From the NCBI GenBank assembly GCA_003614675.1, contig ML002226.1, forward strand, positions 1 through 64,000: 64,000 nt of DNA. Reading direction: 5' to 3'. The translations under genes and the position numbers were made by a program. The stretch is from Dimargaris cristalligena (Eukaryota). Below the pieces are notes generated by a model. That model searched no databases, was not told the origin of the DNA, and was given only the letters and a program-made list of their open reading frames with translations. This document shows positions 1-12,113 of the stretch, piece after piece; positions within the stretch are counted from its first letter, which is position 1; each line of letters opens with the position of its first letter.

Positions 1-1900
1 TGATAATTACCAGGTAGCCGGTGGCTCTACGAGAATGGGGATAGTCAGCCAGTTAGTCATATACCACCGCTTGAGTGGGGTATAACGCATATGATAATCG
101 GATAAATATCTGTCAGTTTTCTATATATATATATATATTATTGGTTCACCACTTCTCTATATGGGATTAATTTACACGGGTGTAGTTATTTCTTCTAATT
201 GCCACCAACTGATTTTATATAGATTAAACAAAAAGGCACGGCTGGATGCTGGAAGACCATAGGGGCTGTCAAATCTGGTCAGCTGAGGTAGATCGCTTGG
301 ATGGGAGAGAGAGAGGCTGGGGATTGTTGAGATGGGTAGTGTATTCCCTAATCGGGGACTGTGTCCCCCCCATTAGAACATTACCATTACCCACCCCCCC
401 TGGTGCAGTATCTATACATCGATGAGGTCATGGCGAGCAGTCCCAGAATAGAAGGCAGTCGGTCAGATTTGGGGAAGTACAGAGCTCAGGCGGGGTGCAC
501 ATGGATAAGCCGGTTGAAGGCCCGTCAGAACGGACGGAAGTGGTGTCACGACTGGGGGATGCCAAGCTCGGACGGAGGTAGCTCTGCCTCGCCTCGGGTG
601 AGCGGGAAGTCTTTCGAAAGCAGTCCAGGTGCGACAGCTAATGGCCAAAGAAGGAGATGGTAAGTCTTATAGAGAATACTAATTAAATAAACCATGGTCA
701 ATCAAATCCCGCCACCGCTTTCCAGGCTGGAACTGGCGGATTGGCCAATGGGGTGTGCCAATCCCGCCGCCCTCGCACTTTCCAACCGCCGACTAAAGAA
801 ATAAAGGAATATACTATAGAAGAGTACACTCGGCGGTATCCCCTCAAATTGCGAGACTCTTGGGCCGCTCTATACGGGTATTTGCTCCAGTAACCAGGCC
901 GATAAAAGTCTCCGGCCCAAAAGGCCCTGAGAGAATGGGGAGTTCTTATCTTTCCTGGTGGGGAGGAGGTTTAGTAGTCACAGTGGACATTTGGTTATAC
1001 ACATGGGACGATCCAGGGCGTATAGTGACTACCACAGGGGCCATTCATTTACTATATTATAATATAATAGTGAACGATGGACAGCTCAGCTGACCCACAC
1101 CCGGATGTCTTAGAGGGGAGCTTTGCCAATGATGACAGCAGCCTCCACCAGTTCAACCCTTTCCCACCCCCTTGACTTCGATGCCATTAGAGCCAAGAAA
1201 GGGGTTCGGTCCAATAAAGCAGTTGGTCCTATGCACGGGTATATTATGTATATGGGTGAGCGAGAGACCCGATGAAAAGAATACTTTACTCCAATGTGGC
1301 CTAGGGCTTTCTGGTGTAAAATCCCTTTCGAGGGGTGGTGAAGCCCCAGTTTAGCTGAGGCTGGGTCCACCACCTCTTTCGCTTAGTCAACCTCCCAAAA
1401 CTGTGATTATTAGTTAGTATATTTAAGTTTGGACTGAGGCCTGGCTACCGTACCACTTTATATTAACAACAGGGTCCATTCAGTATTGATTGGCCCTATT
1501 GTAATATGTAGCTGTAGTATTGGTCCCTATTGAGCCAGAGAGATAAGACCACCCCTCCGCTGCTTGATCTTCTCTGTTGTGTAACCCATCCGCACCCTTC
1601 GGCTTCTCTTTTTTCCAATGGATGAATGATGGAGTGGCCCATCCTCCGTGGCTGCGGCCAACGGAGGGTGGTGGTTGGTCCAACCAATCTCATTAATCAT
1701 CCGTTGCCCTATTGTTAGGCTCCTTTCCAAAATAAACCTCCCACCGTGGGGGGGAGAGTCTGCTCCAGCCCCGTTGGTGATTGGCTGGGATGTTGCCCCT
1801 CACTGTATGCGCCCTTAGTCCACTTCCCCCGCGGTTTTTTTTACCATATATACTTGTCCTGCGCCGCCCCTAATTTATCCACCCGCTTGTCTTTGCTTTC

Positions 1901-2088
1901 GTAAATCTTCAATTATTCTTTGAGTTTCTCTCCTACCACAGTACTTATCCGAATTCCCTGCTCGATTCTATTCCTTTAAGCTCACTCTCTCTTACTTTCC
2001 TATTCTCCTACACACTCCCTCCCCCCTTATTTTACCTCCCCTTTTATATTTCTAACCCTCTCGAGTGTTCCTCTCGAGGGTTTTGCAG
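1901..2088 (+). other. Probable 5'-UTR intron of the antizyme gene
   Basis: GTAAAT donor at 1901, CTAAC branch at 2052, TTTTGCAG acceptor ending 2088; size typical of this genome. Confidence 0.45.
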
Positions 2089-2415
2089 CGTCCCTCCCTT
2101 CGTCCCCCCTTCCAGATCCTTCAGATAGTCCTGTTCACGGGATTGTCGTAGCTTCCCCAGTCGCAACACTGGCCCAGTTTTTGGTCATCCTCCTCTTCTC
2201 TTCCTCCACAATTTGTAGTAAAGGCATCAAACCGAACAACCGTCACTAGTAGTGCAGTCCCTTTACCACCTACTCCGTTGTACTCTACCCCTTCCGCAAA
2301 CCCCAAACCCCTTTCGCCTTCGTTTTCCTTCTATTCCCGTATACCACCAACCCACTCCAGTAACCCCCCTATCCAACCCCTTCCCCTCGTTCAACCCAAC
2401 CCACCAACCGCCACC

Positions 2416-3247
2416 ATGTTGATGCAACACCACCAGCCCGCTTTCCCCAGCACCGAGTTTACCAACAATGACACGGAGGACCCATCTAATTATGACTCCG
2501 AGACCGGCAACGGTCTCGGGCCCGACCACTCTGCTACCCTGGCTGTCTTCTGCCAGAAGCGCGCCGCCAGTCACCGCCGTGAAAAGTACTTCTATCACGC
2601 GGGGAAGAAGGCCGGGTGGTGCGTTTGACGTCCCTTCGGTTTCCCGCGCCGGAGGGGGGGGATTGACAGCGGGAGTTGTGGCCACTGCCGAGGGAGGTGC
2701 GGGCGTAGTAGGCGGCGTTGTTTCGGCCCGAAAGGGCCAGCAGCAGCCTTCGCCTCTGCACGCTAATTCCGACGAAAGCGAAGCCGATGACATTAGTGAC
2801 GACGACGTAACCCTAACCACGGCCAGTCCCCTGCGCCCCCGAAGGGGCAACAACCAAACTGCTGTCCGGGTCGCCGTCCCGGACCACCACTTCGATCAAG
2901 ACCTCCAGGCCCCGGGCGCCGATGCCGTCCTGTGGTTGACCGTCCGTAGCTGGACCCATCCCCAGCACACCGGGACCTGGAAGGCCTTTACCCGCAGCGG
3001 CACCCTGTACATCGAGGCCGCCGGGTTTGCCCAGCTGTCTGACGCCGAGTTCCGCGACGTTCTCCTGGCTCTGCTCGAGCTATGCGAGGACGTACTGTAC
3101 TGCCAGGCCGTCGCCATGTGCATTGATCGATCCGAGCCGACTTCCGCCGACCTGGTCCGCGCCTTCATGTACGCCGGGTTTGAGCTGGTTAACCCCACCG
3201 TCTACCAGCACAACCCCGCCTACATTTTGATGGGTTACGAACTTTAA
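2416..3247 (+). CDS. OAZ1: Ornithine decarboxylase antizyme, decoded by programmed +1 frameshift (ORF1 2416-2628, ORF2 2627-3247; about 276 aa)
   Basis: First AUG after a long AUG-free leader, in GCCACCATG context. ORF1 ends ...GGG TGG TGC GTT TGA (GWCV*). The +1 frame continues D-V-P and encodes the antizyme C-terminal core (LLALLELCEDVL...C...DLVRAFMYAGFELV...YILMGYEL). Confidence 0.93.
2631..2675 (+). promoter_or_regulatory. Putative H-type RNA pseudoknot 3' of the antizyme shift site
   Basis: Paired by eye. Stem 1: UCCCUUCGG (2631-2639) with CCGGAGGGG (2649-2657). Stem 2: UUCCCGC (2641-2647) with GCGGGAG (2669-2675). Confidence 0.6.
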
Positions 3248-4231
3248 TGCCAAGTCCCTTCGTCCCCACTTTTTCTCGTCGCTTCCCCTAGTCTCAGCTT
3301 ATCTCATCTATATAGTCTCCCTTTAGTTGGTTGCTGCTTCTCTCCCTTCTTCCTCCCCTCCTTACCCTTTTCTCATATTTCTGGTCTCTCTCCCCCCTTC
3401 CGCTCTTTGATTGAGGCAATCGCTCCCACTTTTCTTGTATGGGGTGCTCCCTTTTTAGGCCCCACCCGCCTCCCTCTCGATTGAGCTGTTGTTTACTCTC
3501 TTGCTATTTGTGCTCTCGTTGGTCTCTTATGGTTGTCCTTGTATAGGATTGCTGAACACTTGTGTGTTGATTACCCCTGCCTCCGGTATTCTCCCTTCTC
3601 CCTTTTGGTGAATGGTGTTAGCGGGCGGCTAAAATATACGCAACGGAATGGATTCGTGGTGCTTGTATTTGTAACACATTACACTTGTACCCTAGTGCAT
3701 GGGGCTACTTAGTCAGCCCTCTCTCTTTCCACCCTGTTCAAAACCTTTCCCTTCACGTTTCCCTATTTTGTTAATTCTAATCTAACTTAGCTTAGTTACT
3801 TACTCTTTTCACCCTAACAATAAATACCATCTACCCTTTTTATATCCCCCAAGACCTCACATGTTAAATGTTTGAGTCAAGTGAAACTGTTACCTAAGAC
3901 CAAACATGTCGGTTTTGTACGATACCAAAGTACTCCAGTTGTTTGGCATGCTAGGCCAATTAAGAATACCACCTCATTATTGCCTTACTCAATCCGATAT
4001 CTGGTATAGCACACAGCAAAGTAAAAATGGTTGCGCCATTGAAGTAACGAGAAGGTTTAATTTAAAGAGTGTGTATTAACTAATCAATATACCATAATAT
4101 TCCCCCTTTTCCTACACACAACACTTCCTCCGTCGAACCAAATATCCGACGATGTATTACCACGTTGGCAAGGCATTGAGTACATAGGGCTTTTGGGGGA
4201 TAGGGGAAGGGGGTTAATGCAGGAATAGGGT

Positions 4232-5481
4232 TTACCAGCGATTTTTGGATGGCGACGGTGGGCGGTCCCAAGGGCCCGAGGAATGGCCATTACTAGGCGG
4301 TGGTCCAGGAGGAGGGGGGCCATACATATCGGGCCGACTATCGAAGCCAGGTCCACCCCGGCCGCCATTGTCCCGCCGGTCGGAGTCATAGGGCCGCCGG
4401 GGGCCACCGCTGTTATACCCACCTCCACCACCACCCGACTGGCTATGATCGCCGGAACCGCGGCTGGATGACCGGTGGTGGTGGTCATCGTAGGGTCGGC
4501 GGGCGTAATTTTCACGGCGCTGCTGGTGGGGACGGCGGTGGTCGGGCGGGAACCGACCTCCGCCCGGGGTGGGGTAGTTGCCACCGCGCCGGGACCGGTA
4601 GTCTCCCCCCGAGGAAGGAGGCCCGCCGTCATTGTGATGCCCCCGGTCACCGCCTGCGTAATGGTCGCCCCGGTGGGTGGACGAGAAACCGTCACGGTGG
4701 CCTGGGGGAAGAGGGGGTGGCGGATACCGACCGCCACTACCGTTATGACTGGCATGGTGGGGTGGAGGGTACATGTGGGGAGGGGGTGGGTACGGTGGGT
4801 AAGCGCCGCCACCACCACTATTATTACCGTACGGCGGAGGCGGGGGGGACTCCTCTACCGGAATGGTGGGGGGGAGGAGGTCTCGAGAAATCGCTACTAC
4901 TCATGGACGACAGTGGGTGGTGAGGCGGCCCAGTTCTTCCCCCTGCCGTTGGTCCAGCACCCGGGGTGGAGGAGCTCGAGGAGGCATGGCTATGGATGAC
5001 GGTGTTGATGATCTCTTGGATCTTATCCTGTCCCAAATCGGAATAGTAGGTTTCCACTTGGGCGATGTGTTTCCACCCTCGATTGTGGGCTTTCCGGACC
5101 GACGAGGAGTCGTGCGTCAGAAAAATATCGCAGTAGTCTATGGGAGGGGAGCGAAACAGGATAGTGAAGTACAGTGGTATAGAGATTCCAGTGAGTGGTG
5201 GGCTAATTGTTAGAAAACGGGTACAGGTGCAAACTTGCTCGGCTGGTGGCTCGTAAATCCTTCGCCAATCCAGGGGGAAATTGGGTCGTTTAAACAAACT
5301 ACCGTTGACCTGCGACGATCATCCCCGCCAAACTAGAAAGTTAAGATCGGGGTTTGGGGGGTAACGAACAAGTGTGTGGTCTTTCTTGTGGGCGAGGCGA
5401 TGGACGGACGCGTCGGTAGAGGTCGAGTGAGCAAACGGTAATGCGCGTTTGTGCAAACTTACCACAATAGTATTTCGGCAT
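4232..5481 (-). CDS. YHC1: U1 snRNP protein C (U1-C). Exon 1 5481-5463, exon 2 from 5137. 0-frame stops at 4824 (110 aa); a Pro/Gly/Arg-rich tail continues in the +1 frame to 4232 (about 307 aa if joined)
   Basis: Spliced N-terminus [30 protein letters not shown] is the U1-C zinc finger. GTAAG...TAG intron 5462-5138. Confidence 0.9.
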
Positions 5482-6340
5482 GGAGATAAAACACAGTAGG
5501 AATACAGACAAATAAGAAAGTAGGTTTTTTTATAAAAATGAAGTAAAAGAAAAGGATGGAATTAAAAAGGCCAAATAAAAAGCTCATTTAACAATGTCTA
5601 AATGGAATACCTCTCAATTCACGAAGGCGCCGGCCGCTTACAACATAGTAGTAGCCCTTTCCTGCTTTTGATTTGATATTGCCAGTTGCCCCCCTTCCAC
5701 AAGCATGATCAAGCGCCCTTTAGTCAAAAACCAGAAGGTATAAAGACCCTATATTACAACCCTGGTTAGTATACAGAATTCCCGTAGTGATCGTTATATT
5801 CGGTCCTAAGCCAAAGACGAACTGTAACTTCGTCCGTAGTACACTGTATTCTTTAAGTTTAAGCGGTCCCATTATCCAAACCCACACTCGGCCTTTATAA
5901 ATTTAACGAAAAGCCATGGCCGATAACGTTGGTATGTTACCCGAGCATAGTATAGTACTACTTTAGGCCCAAGTATATCCAGGACATCTGCTAGGGAACG
6001 TACATATATATCAGGAATGAGTAGAACCAGTCATACAGTACAATCGTTTAATCCGAAAGTAGGAAAATGAAGCACGATACAAGACAGGTAAATTAGTCGC
6101 CAGTTCCCACCCCTGCGACAAAGGCTGGCTCTGGTTAATTAATTACAATGGTACATAACCGAGCATAGAGAAGTTATACACCAACACCTTGGATTCTTTA
6201 ATATGTAGAGATTCATTGCGGATGGTATTTGACAGGAGGGCCAATGTTATTGGTTATTCTTACAAAAGTAGCTTAGATTCGTCCATTAGGTAACTAATGA
6301 GTAAGATAATGATTTGGTTTTCTCAGGAATAAGTCGAAGT

Positions 6341-7750
6341 TCAATCATCAGTACCAAAGTAGCGGCAGCCAAAGTCGCCTAGGCCGGGGGTGATGAACCG
6401 GTGCTCATCCAGACCATCGTCAATATCAGACGTGACGATCTGGAGCTTGGGAAAGTTCAAAACCACGGCAGCCACACCTTCAGGGGCACAGAGAAGGTTC
6501 AGAAACAAGATACGGTCTTCCTCAACCCCATGGTCAAGGAGAACCTGGATGGCACGAATGGCCGACCCGCCAGTGGCTGATTAGAAGATACGTGATATTG
6601 GTGGAGAAGTATAGGGTATGGGTGGTTAGATACACATTGGCAGATTTAAGAACCCCGGGATCGACATCGAATGGGACTCGGGTTGAGACTCGCCCAAGAT
6701 AAAATTGTTTAAAAAGTGCCAACAATATTCAAAATCAAATAGATTAGGTGTATGTGCTCTACTTACCCAGCATGGGGTCCAGAAGTAAGACGTAGCGCGA
6801 GGAAATATCCGAAGGGAGCTTGGCATAGTAGAGCTACACAATACAATTTGAATGCAATCGCAAGGATAAGCATAATAATTAAAGTTAATGGTTTTGTAAA
6901 TGAGTGGTCGGAGGGTCTAGTACATAGAATCCGGCAGGTAACCAAACGGGTGAGTGTCAACTATAGAGTGGAAGCTAACCAGACTAAATGGGGTGGCCAC
7001 GGCGTACCTTGGCTTCGGCGGTCTCCTCATCTCTCTGGATAAGAATTTTACCGATACGAACGCTCCTAGAGAGACATAATTGGGACATGCAAAGTAAAAT
7101 ACGATGAAATAAGAATGTGAGCCATGGGTAGAATGGGAAATCACCTAATAACAGCCCAATTCAAGAGCTGTAGGATATACCTCTCCAACAATAATGATTC
7201 ATTAAGGCAGGAATAATCAATCATCCAGTCTATATTAGTCGGTACATGTCACGGGAAAACCTACCGGCAACAGTCACGCAGCCCTTGTTCCATTGCCTCG
7301 CCGGCTCTCATAATGGAAACCCCACAGATTTTGCCAAGAAAGTCGACACCATTGTACTTGCTACCAGTCGGAGTCTCGATAACATTGTCGACGACGGGTA
7401 AGTGGTTGAGACCTGAAATTTATAAAGGCCAGTCGTAGTTATAGAGGGTACCTATGGGAGAGGTTAGTCGGTAGTCGTTTAGAACCAGCATTCCCCAGGG
7501 ATAGTTCGATATGATTATCTCAAAGGCAGAGCACACAGCCAAGGCGCCGGGGTCAAGACGGTATTGGGGGGTGTGCATTACCTTCTTCGACGAGCAGGCG
7601 GATAATACGGTCCGAGTAGAAGATAAAGTCGCCACGGTTGGTATTCTGATCGCGGATAATGGTGAGGAGGGCCTTGAGCTGCTGGGTCTGCTCGAGGAGA
7701 TGGACCTGCGGGTACTTTTGGGTGATTTCGAGGGCCTTGGCGCCGGTCAT
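6341..7750 (-). CDS. FUR1: Uracil phosphoribosyltransferase, 5 exons (7750-7582, 7412-7265, 7065-7008, 6833-6767, 6576-6341)
   Basis: Motifs [87 protein letters not shown]; all splice phases consistent. Confidence 0.96.
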
Positions 7751-8608
7751 GGTAATAACTGAGGTTGGGGAATGTGTACAGAGAAGGGTATGTAGAGAAT
7801 AATAGGTTGGGAGCGGAATGAAGTAGTTAAAGGACTGGTGATATTTGGGATAATAGGTAAAGGCAGGACAGAGGTGGGAAGGGGAAGGACACCCTCCTTC
7901 CCCTCGCTTAATAGGAGAATATCAAGTAAAGGTGGGCGTTTGGGTTACTACTTAATGTTACACAACTGGACTATATGGGGAGGAGCGACCAAGCCCCGTG
8001 ACTCAGGGCGTCTCGCCGGGTCGAACTTGGACAGGCAAGGAGTTGGCCAGGGACAAAGGAAAGGGTCGCTGCTGGCTTCGTTAATCGACTGCCCGAGCGG
8101 GCGGGGAAATAATCCAGGCCGGCGGGGTACTAAATCTTTCACTTTAATGCGCTGCAGTAGCACAGTGGTGTAGTAGCCATGCCCACCCACTCCGCTCAAG
8201 TCCCGCCACGTCAATTGCATTACCCGCCTACTTAGCAGTTGATTCTATGCTTGCCACACAAGCCAGTTAAGCCAAGCGCCCGTGGGACCCGCTTGATTTT
8301 GCCAAATGTATGCATCTGGGTTTGCTCACTTCTACGTCCAGCAGCCCGCTCCCCCTTTCTCTCCTTTTCTCTCCCCCTTCTCCTCCTTTTCGTAAACCTG
8401 TTCTTTTGGTTTGTCACTTTAGCCCGGGCTTCATCTGACCTTTCTACCGACCCCATCTCGGCCTGTCTGTCAGCCTCGTTACTACCTCCATCGCATCTAG
8501 TTGTATCCCTCTCCATCATCCCGGTCTACATATATAATCTACCGTTGAATTCCGCCTGTTCAGTGGCCGCTACTGTCATTCTAATCTACGCATTGCCCTT
8601 TACCGGCC

Positions 8609-11600
8609 ATGAACCATAATCAGCCCCCTCCGCAACAACCTCCACGCCCCCGGCCCTGGCAGGGTCAGCAAGGTCCTCCGCTGCCGGCCCAGCCGAACGG
8701 CCAGCCCCGCCAGGCTTATCCGCAATCATCTCCCGGTCAACCCCGGCCACGGCCTCCGCCAGGGTCGCTGCCTCCGCAACCCCAAAGCTACCGCCCCCAG
8801 CCCGCGGGTCCCCAGCACCCCGGGCAGCCGCGCCCCCCGGCTAGCTATGGCCAGCAGCCTCTTCCTCGTAAGTAGCTGCTTTTCGCATAAAAAAACCCCG
8901 TTGGTTAGGCGATCCTTGATTCATTGATTGTTAAAAAAGCGTCAAACTAGATGATTTTGATTGCAGCGGATGTGGTCGTACGGAATACCACCCATGATAT
9001 CTAAACCCTATCGAGCATTCCAGTCGCCCGAATTGCGGCCCGTCTCCACATACTAGCTGATCGATCACAACCCAATTTTAGGAGTGATATTTGTTGGCTT
9101 GGAGCAACCCCCCTCCCCTTCTCTGGAGCCTAAACAATCATTATAGTGATATTTTTCCTTCTCGGACTATTCCCACCCCCATCTAACCACCCGTTGTTTA
9201 CCGTACTCCTGGATTTCTTCTGCAGGCCCTCACCCCTCTGTTGTCGCAAACCGTGGCCCTGGTCCTCAACCGGGCCCGCGTCCCTCTGCCCCCGCTCCCG
9301 CCCCAGGAACCAACTATCACCCAGGAAATGTCGGGGCCCCCAACTACTACCGCCCCCCTACGACCCCTGCTCAATCAACCGGCGCTCAGCCCCCTTACCT
9401 CGCTGCTCCCAATTCCCCTAATTTCGCCTCCCCCATGGATAATCTGGCTGGTCAAATGGGTAACATGGGTTTGAACCCTCCGAATTCACCTCCCGGACCG
9501 CCACGCACCGCCCGCTCCAAGCGTGTCTATGCCCAGGACGGTGGATTAGGCGCCCAAGCAGCCCCTCCGGCCTCCCCCGGTCAGCAACCCGCACCCTCCC
9601 CGGGCTATGGGGGCCCCACCGGCTATCCCCCGGCCGGCCAGCCCTACCAACAGCCATATGCCCCCGGTCCTGCTCCAGGTCACCCGGTCCCGCCGCATCA
9701 CCAGCAACAGCAGCACCAGCAGCACCAGCAACCGCTCACCCCGCAGTACGCTCCCCAGCCCCCCTCCTACGAACCGGCCAAACCGCGCATTGATCCCGAT
9801 CAGATCCCCTCCCCTGTCCAAGTCCACGAGAAGGACCAAGCCCTGTACAGTGATACCCCCTATATGACTTCGCTCAAGACCAACGCCCCTTTGGCCGCTA
9901 CTCAGGTCCGTGTGATCGATGAGGGTAACGCCAACCCCCGCTTTATCCGAATGACCATGTACAACATCCCCCAAACCGAACAGCTGCTGCGGGATTCGAG
10001 CCTGCCCCTGGGTATGATGATTCAGCCTTTGGCTCCTCTGCGGTATGATGAAATGCCCATCCCCGTGGTCAACTTTGGCGAAAAGGGCCCCATTCGCTGC
10101 GGCCGGTGCCGGGCCTACGTGAATCCCTACTTTATATTCATTGATGGTGGCCGTAAATACATTTGTAACTTGTGTCGCTTTGAAAACGAGGTTCCCGCCG
10201 AATACTTCTACAACCTCGATATGAACGGCCGCCGGCTGGACTGGGAGAACCGCCCCGAGCTCCGCTACGGCTCGGTTGAATTTGAAGCCACGAAGGAGTT
10301 TATGCTCCTCGACCCTGCCCCACTGTCGTACATATTTGCCATTGACGTGTCATGGAACGCCATTCAGAGTGGGATGCTGGCCCAGTGTGCCCAGGCTCTT
10401 CGCCATACCCTATACGACGGAGAGGGACTACATGCTGGAACCCGCGTCGGTATCCTAACCTACGACAAAACGGTACATTTCTACAACCTGTCCCCCAGTC
10501 TGGAACAGCCTCAGATGCTGGTGTGCCCTGACATTCAAAACGTATTTGTACCCATGCATCATGGCTTCCTGGTGGATCCGCAGGAGTCGCGCGAAGTAAT
10601 CGAGGCCCTGCTGGACGGCCTGCCGGAGATGTTCGCCGCCAACCGAGTGGCCGAGTCCGCTCTGGGTGCAGTGGTGCAGGCCTGTCAGACAGCTTTGGCC
10701 AAAGTAGGCGGCAAGCTAATGCTCTTCCAAGCTTCGCTGCCTACCTACGGACCCGGTGCCCTTAAAGTACGAGACGATCCCAAGCTGTACAACACCGACA
10801 AAGAACGTACCCTGTTCGCCCCTCAAGAGAAGTTCTACCTGCAGTTGGCCGAGAAGTGCGTGGAATCGGGCATCAGCATCAACATTTACCTCTTCCCCAA
10901 CAGCTACATTGATACGGCCACCTTGAGCACGCTAAGCTCGGTGACTGGCGGGGATACCTACTTCTACCCTAACTTCATGGCTGACCGTGACGGACACCGT
11001 TTCGGTGAGGACCTTAAACTGGACCTGACCCGCGAGCACGGCTTCAACAGCGTCCTACGGGTCCGCTGCTCTGACGGTCTGCGTATTGACGAACACTTTG
11101 GTAATTTCTTTATGCGCAACAACACCGATGTGGAACTGGCCGGGATCGACAGCGACAAAGCCATCGGGGTCAGTTTCCGCCATGACGGTCAGCTCGATGA
11201 AAAGAGCGATATTTACTTCCAGGTCGCCCTTCTGTACACAACCGCCTGGGGTGCTCGCCGTATTCGCGTGCACAACCTGGCTATTCCTGTAACGGGCCTG
11301 ATCGGCAATATGTTCCGTAACTCCGAAATGGACACTTCAATGAACCTTTTGGCCAAGATGGCGGTGTCGGAAGCCCTGACCAGTCCACTCAAGTCGGTTC
11401 GTGACAAGTTAAGTGATAAGTGCGTCCGCGTCTTGACGGCTTATCGCCGACACTGTGCAGCGGGTAGTTCCCCCGGCCAGTTGATTCTGCCCGAGGCCTA
11501 CAAACTAATGCCCCTATACACTCTGTCCCTCATGAAGACCAACGCTCTCCGCCCAGTGATGACGTCGGTGGATACGCGGGTGGCTAACATGCGCATGCTC

Positions 11601-12113
11601 AAGAGTATCAACGTACAGCAGAGCGCCTCCCTTTTCTACCCTCGTATCGTGCCCGTGCACGAGCTGGCCCCGGAACATGGCCAGTACGACGCGCAGGGTC
11701 ACCTCCAAATGCCGGGACTGATCCGGGCCTCCTATTCCCGCCTGGCCCCCACGGGTGCCTACCTATTCGAAAATGGGCAAATTATGCGCCTGTGGTTGGG
11801 TAAGGATATTTCGCCCATTTTTCTGCGCGAAGCCCTTGGGGTCGAAAGCCTGGCCGAAATCGACGAGAATACGCCCGATCTACCCGGTCTGGATACCCCC
11901 ACGTCGCAGCAAGTGCGGGCCATTGTGGACCATATGCAGTCCCAGCGTACCCGTTACCTCCAGTTCCGGATTATTCGCCAGGGCATGGGCCAGAGTGACG
12001 TGGATTTCGCAAGTCTGTTGACGGAGGATAAGACAACCGATGGCCAGTCATACGTTGACTACTTGTGTGATATCCACCGGCGGATTCAGATTGAAATTAG
12101 CAAGACCTTCTAG
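8609..12113 (+). CDS. SEC24: COPII cargo adaptor Sec24 (Sec24C/D, Sfb3/Lst1-type); exons 8609-8867 and 9226-12113
   Basis: Pro/Gln-rich N-terminus, RIDPDQIPSP motif, zinc finger (RCGRCRAYVNP...CNLC), trunk (FAIDVS), GQLILPE, gelsolin-like C-terminus. Intron 8868-9225 keeps frame. Confidence 0.95.

Noticed and set aside
4084-4818. 244-aa third-frame ORF in the U1-C tail
   Set aside because: GTG start; shadow frame of GC-rich low-complexity sequence. It would need an atypical 41-nt intron to join U1-C.
9146-9474. Apparent frameshift in the Sec24 N-terminus (overlapping short ORFs)
   Set aside because: After splicing 8868-9225 the frame is continuous into AUG 9435; no shift is needed.
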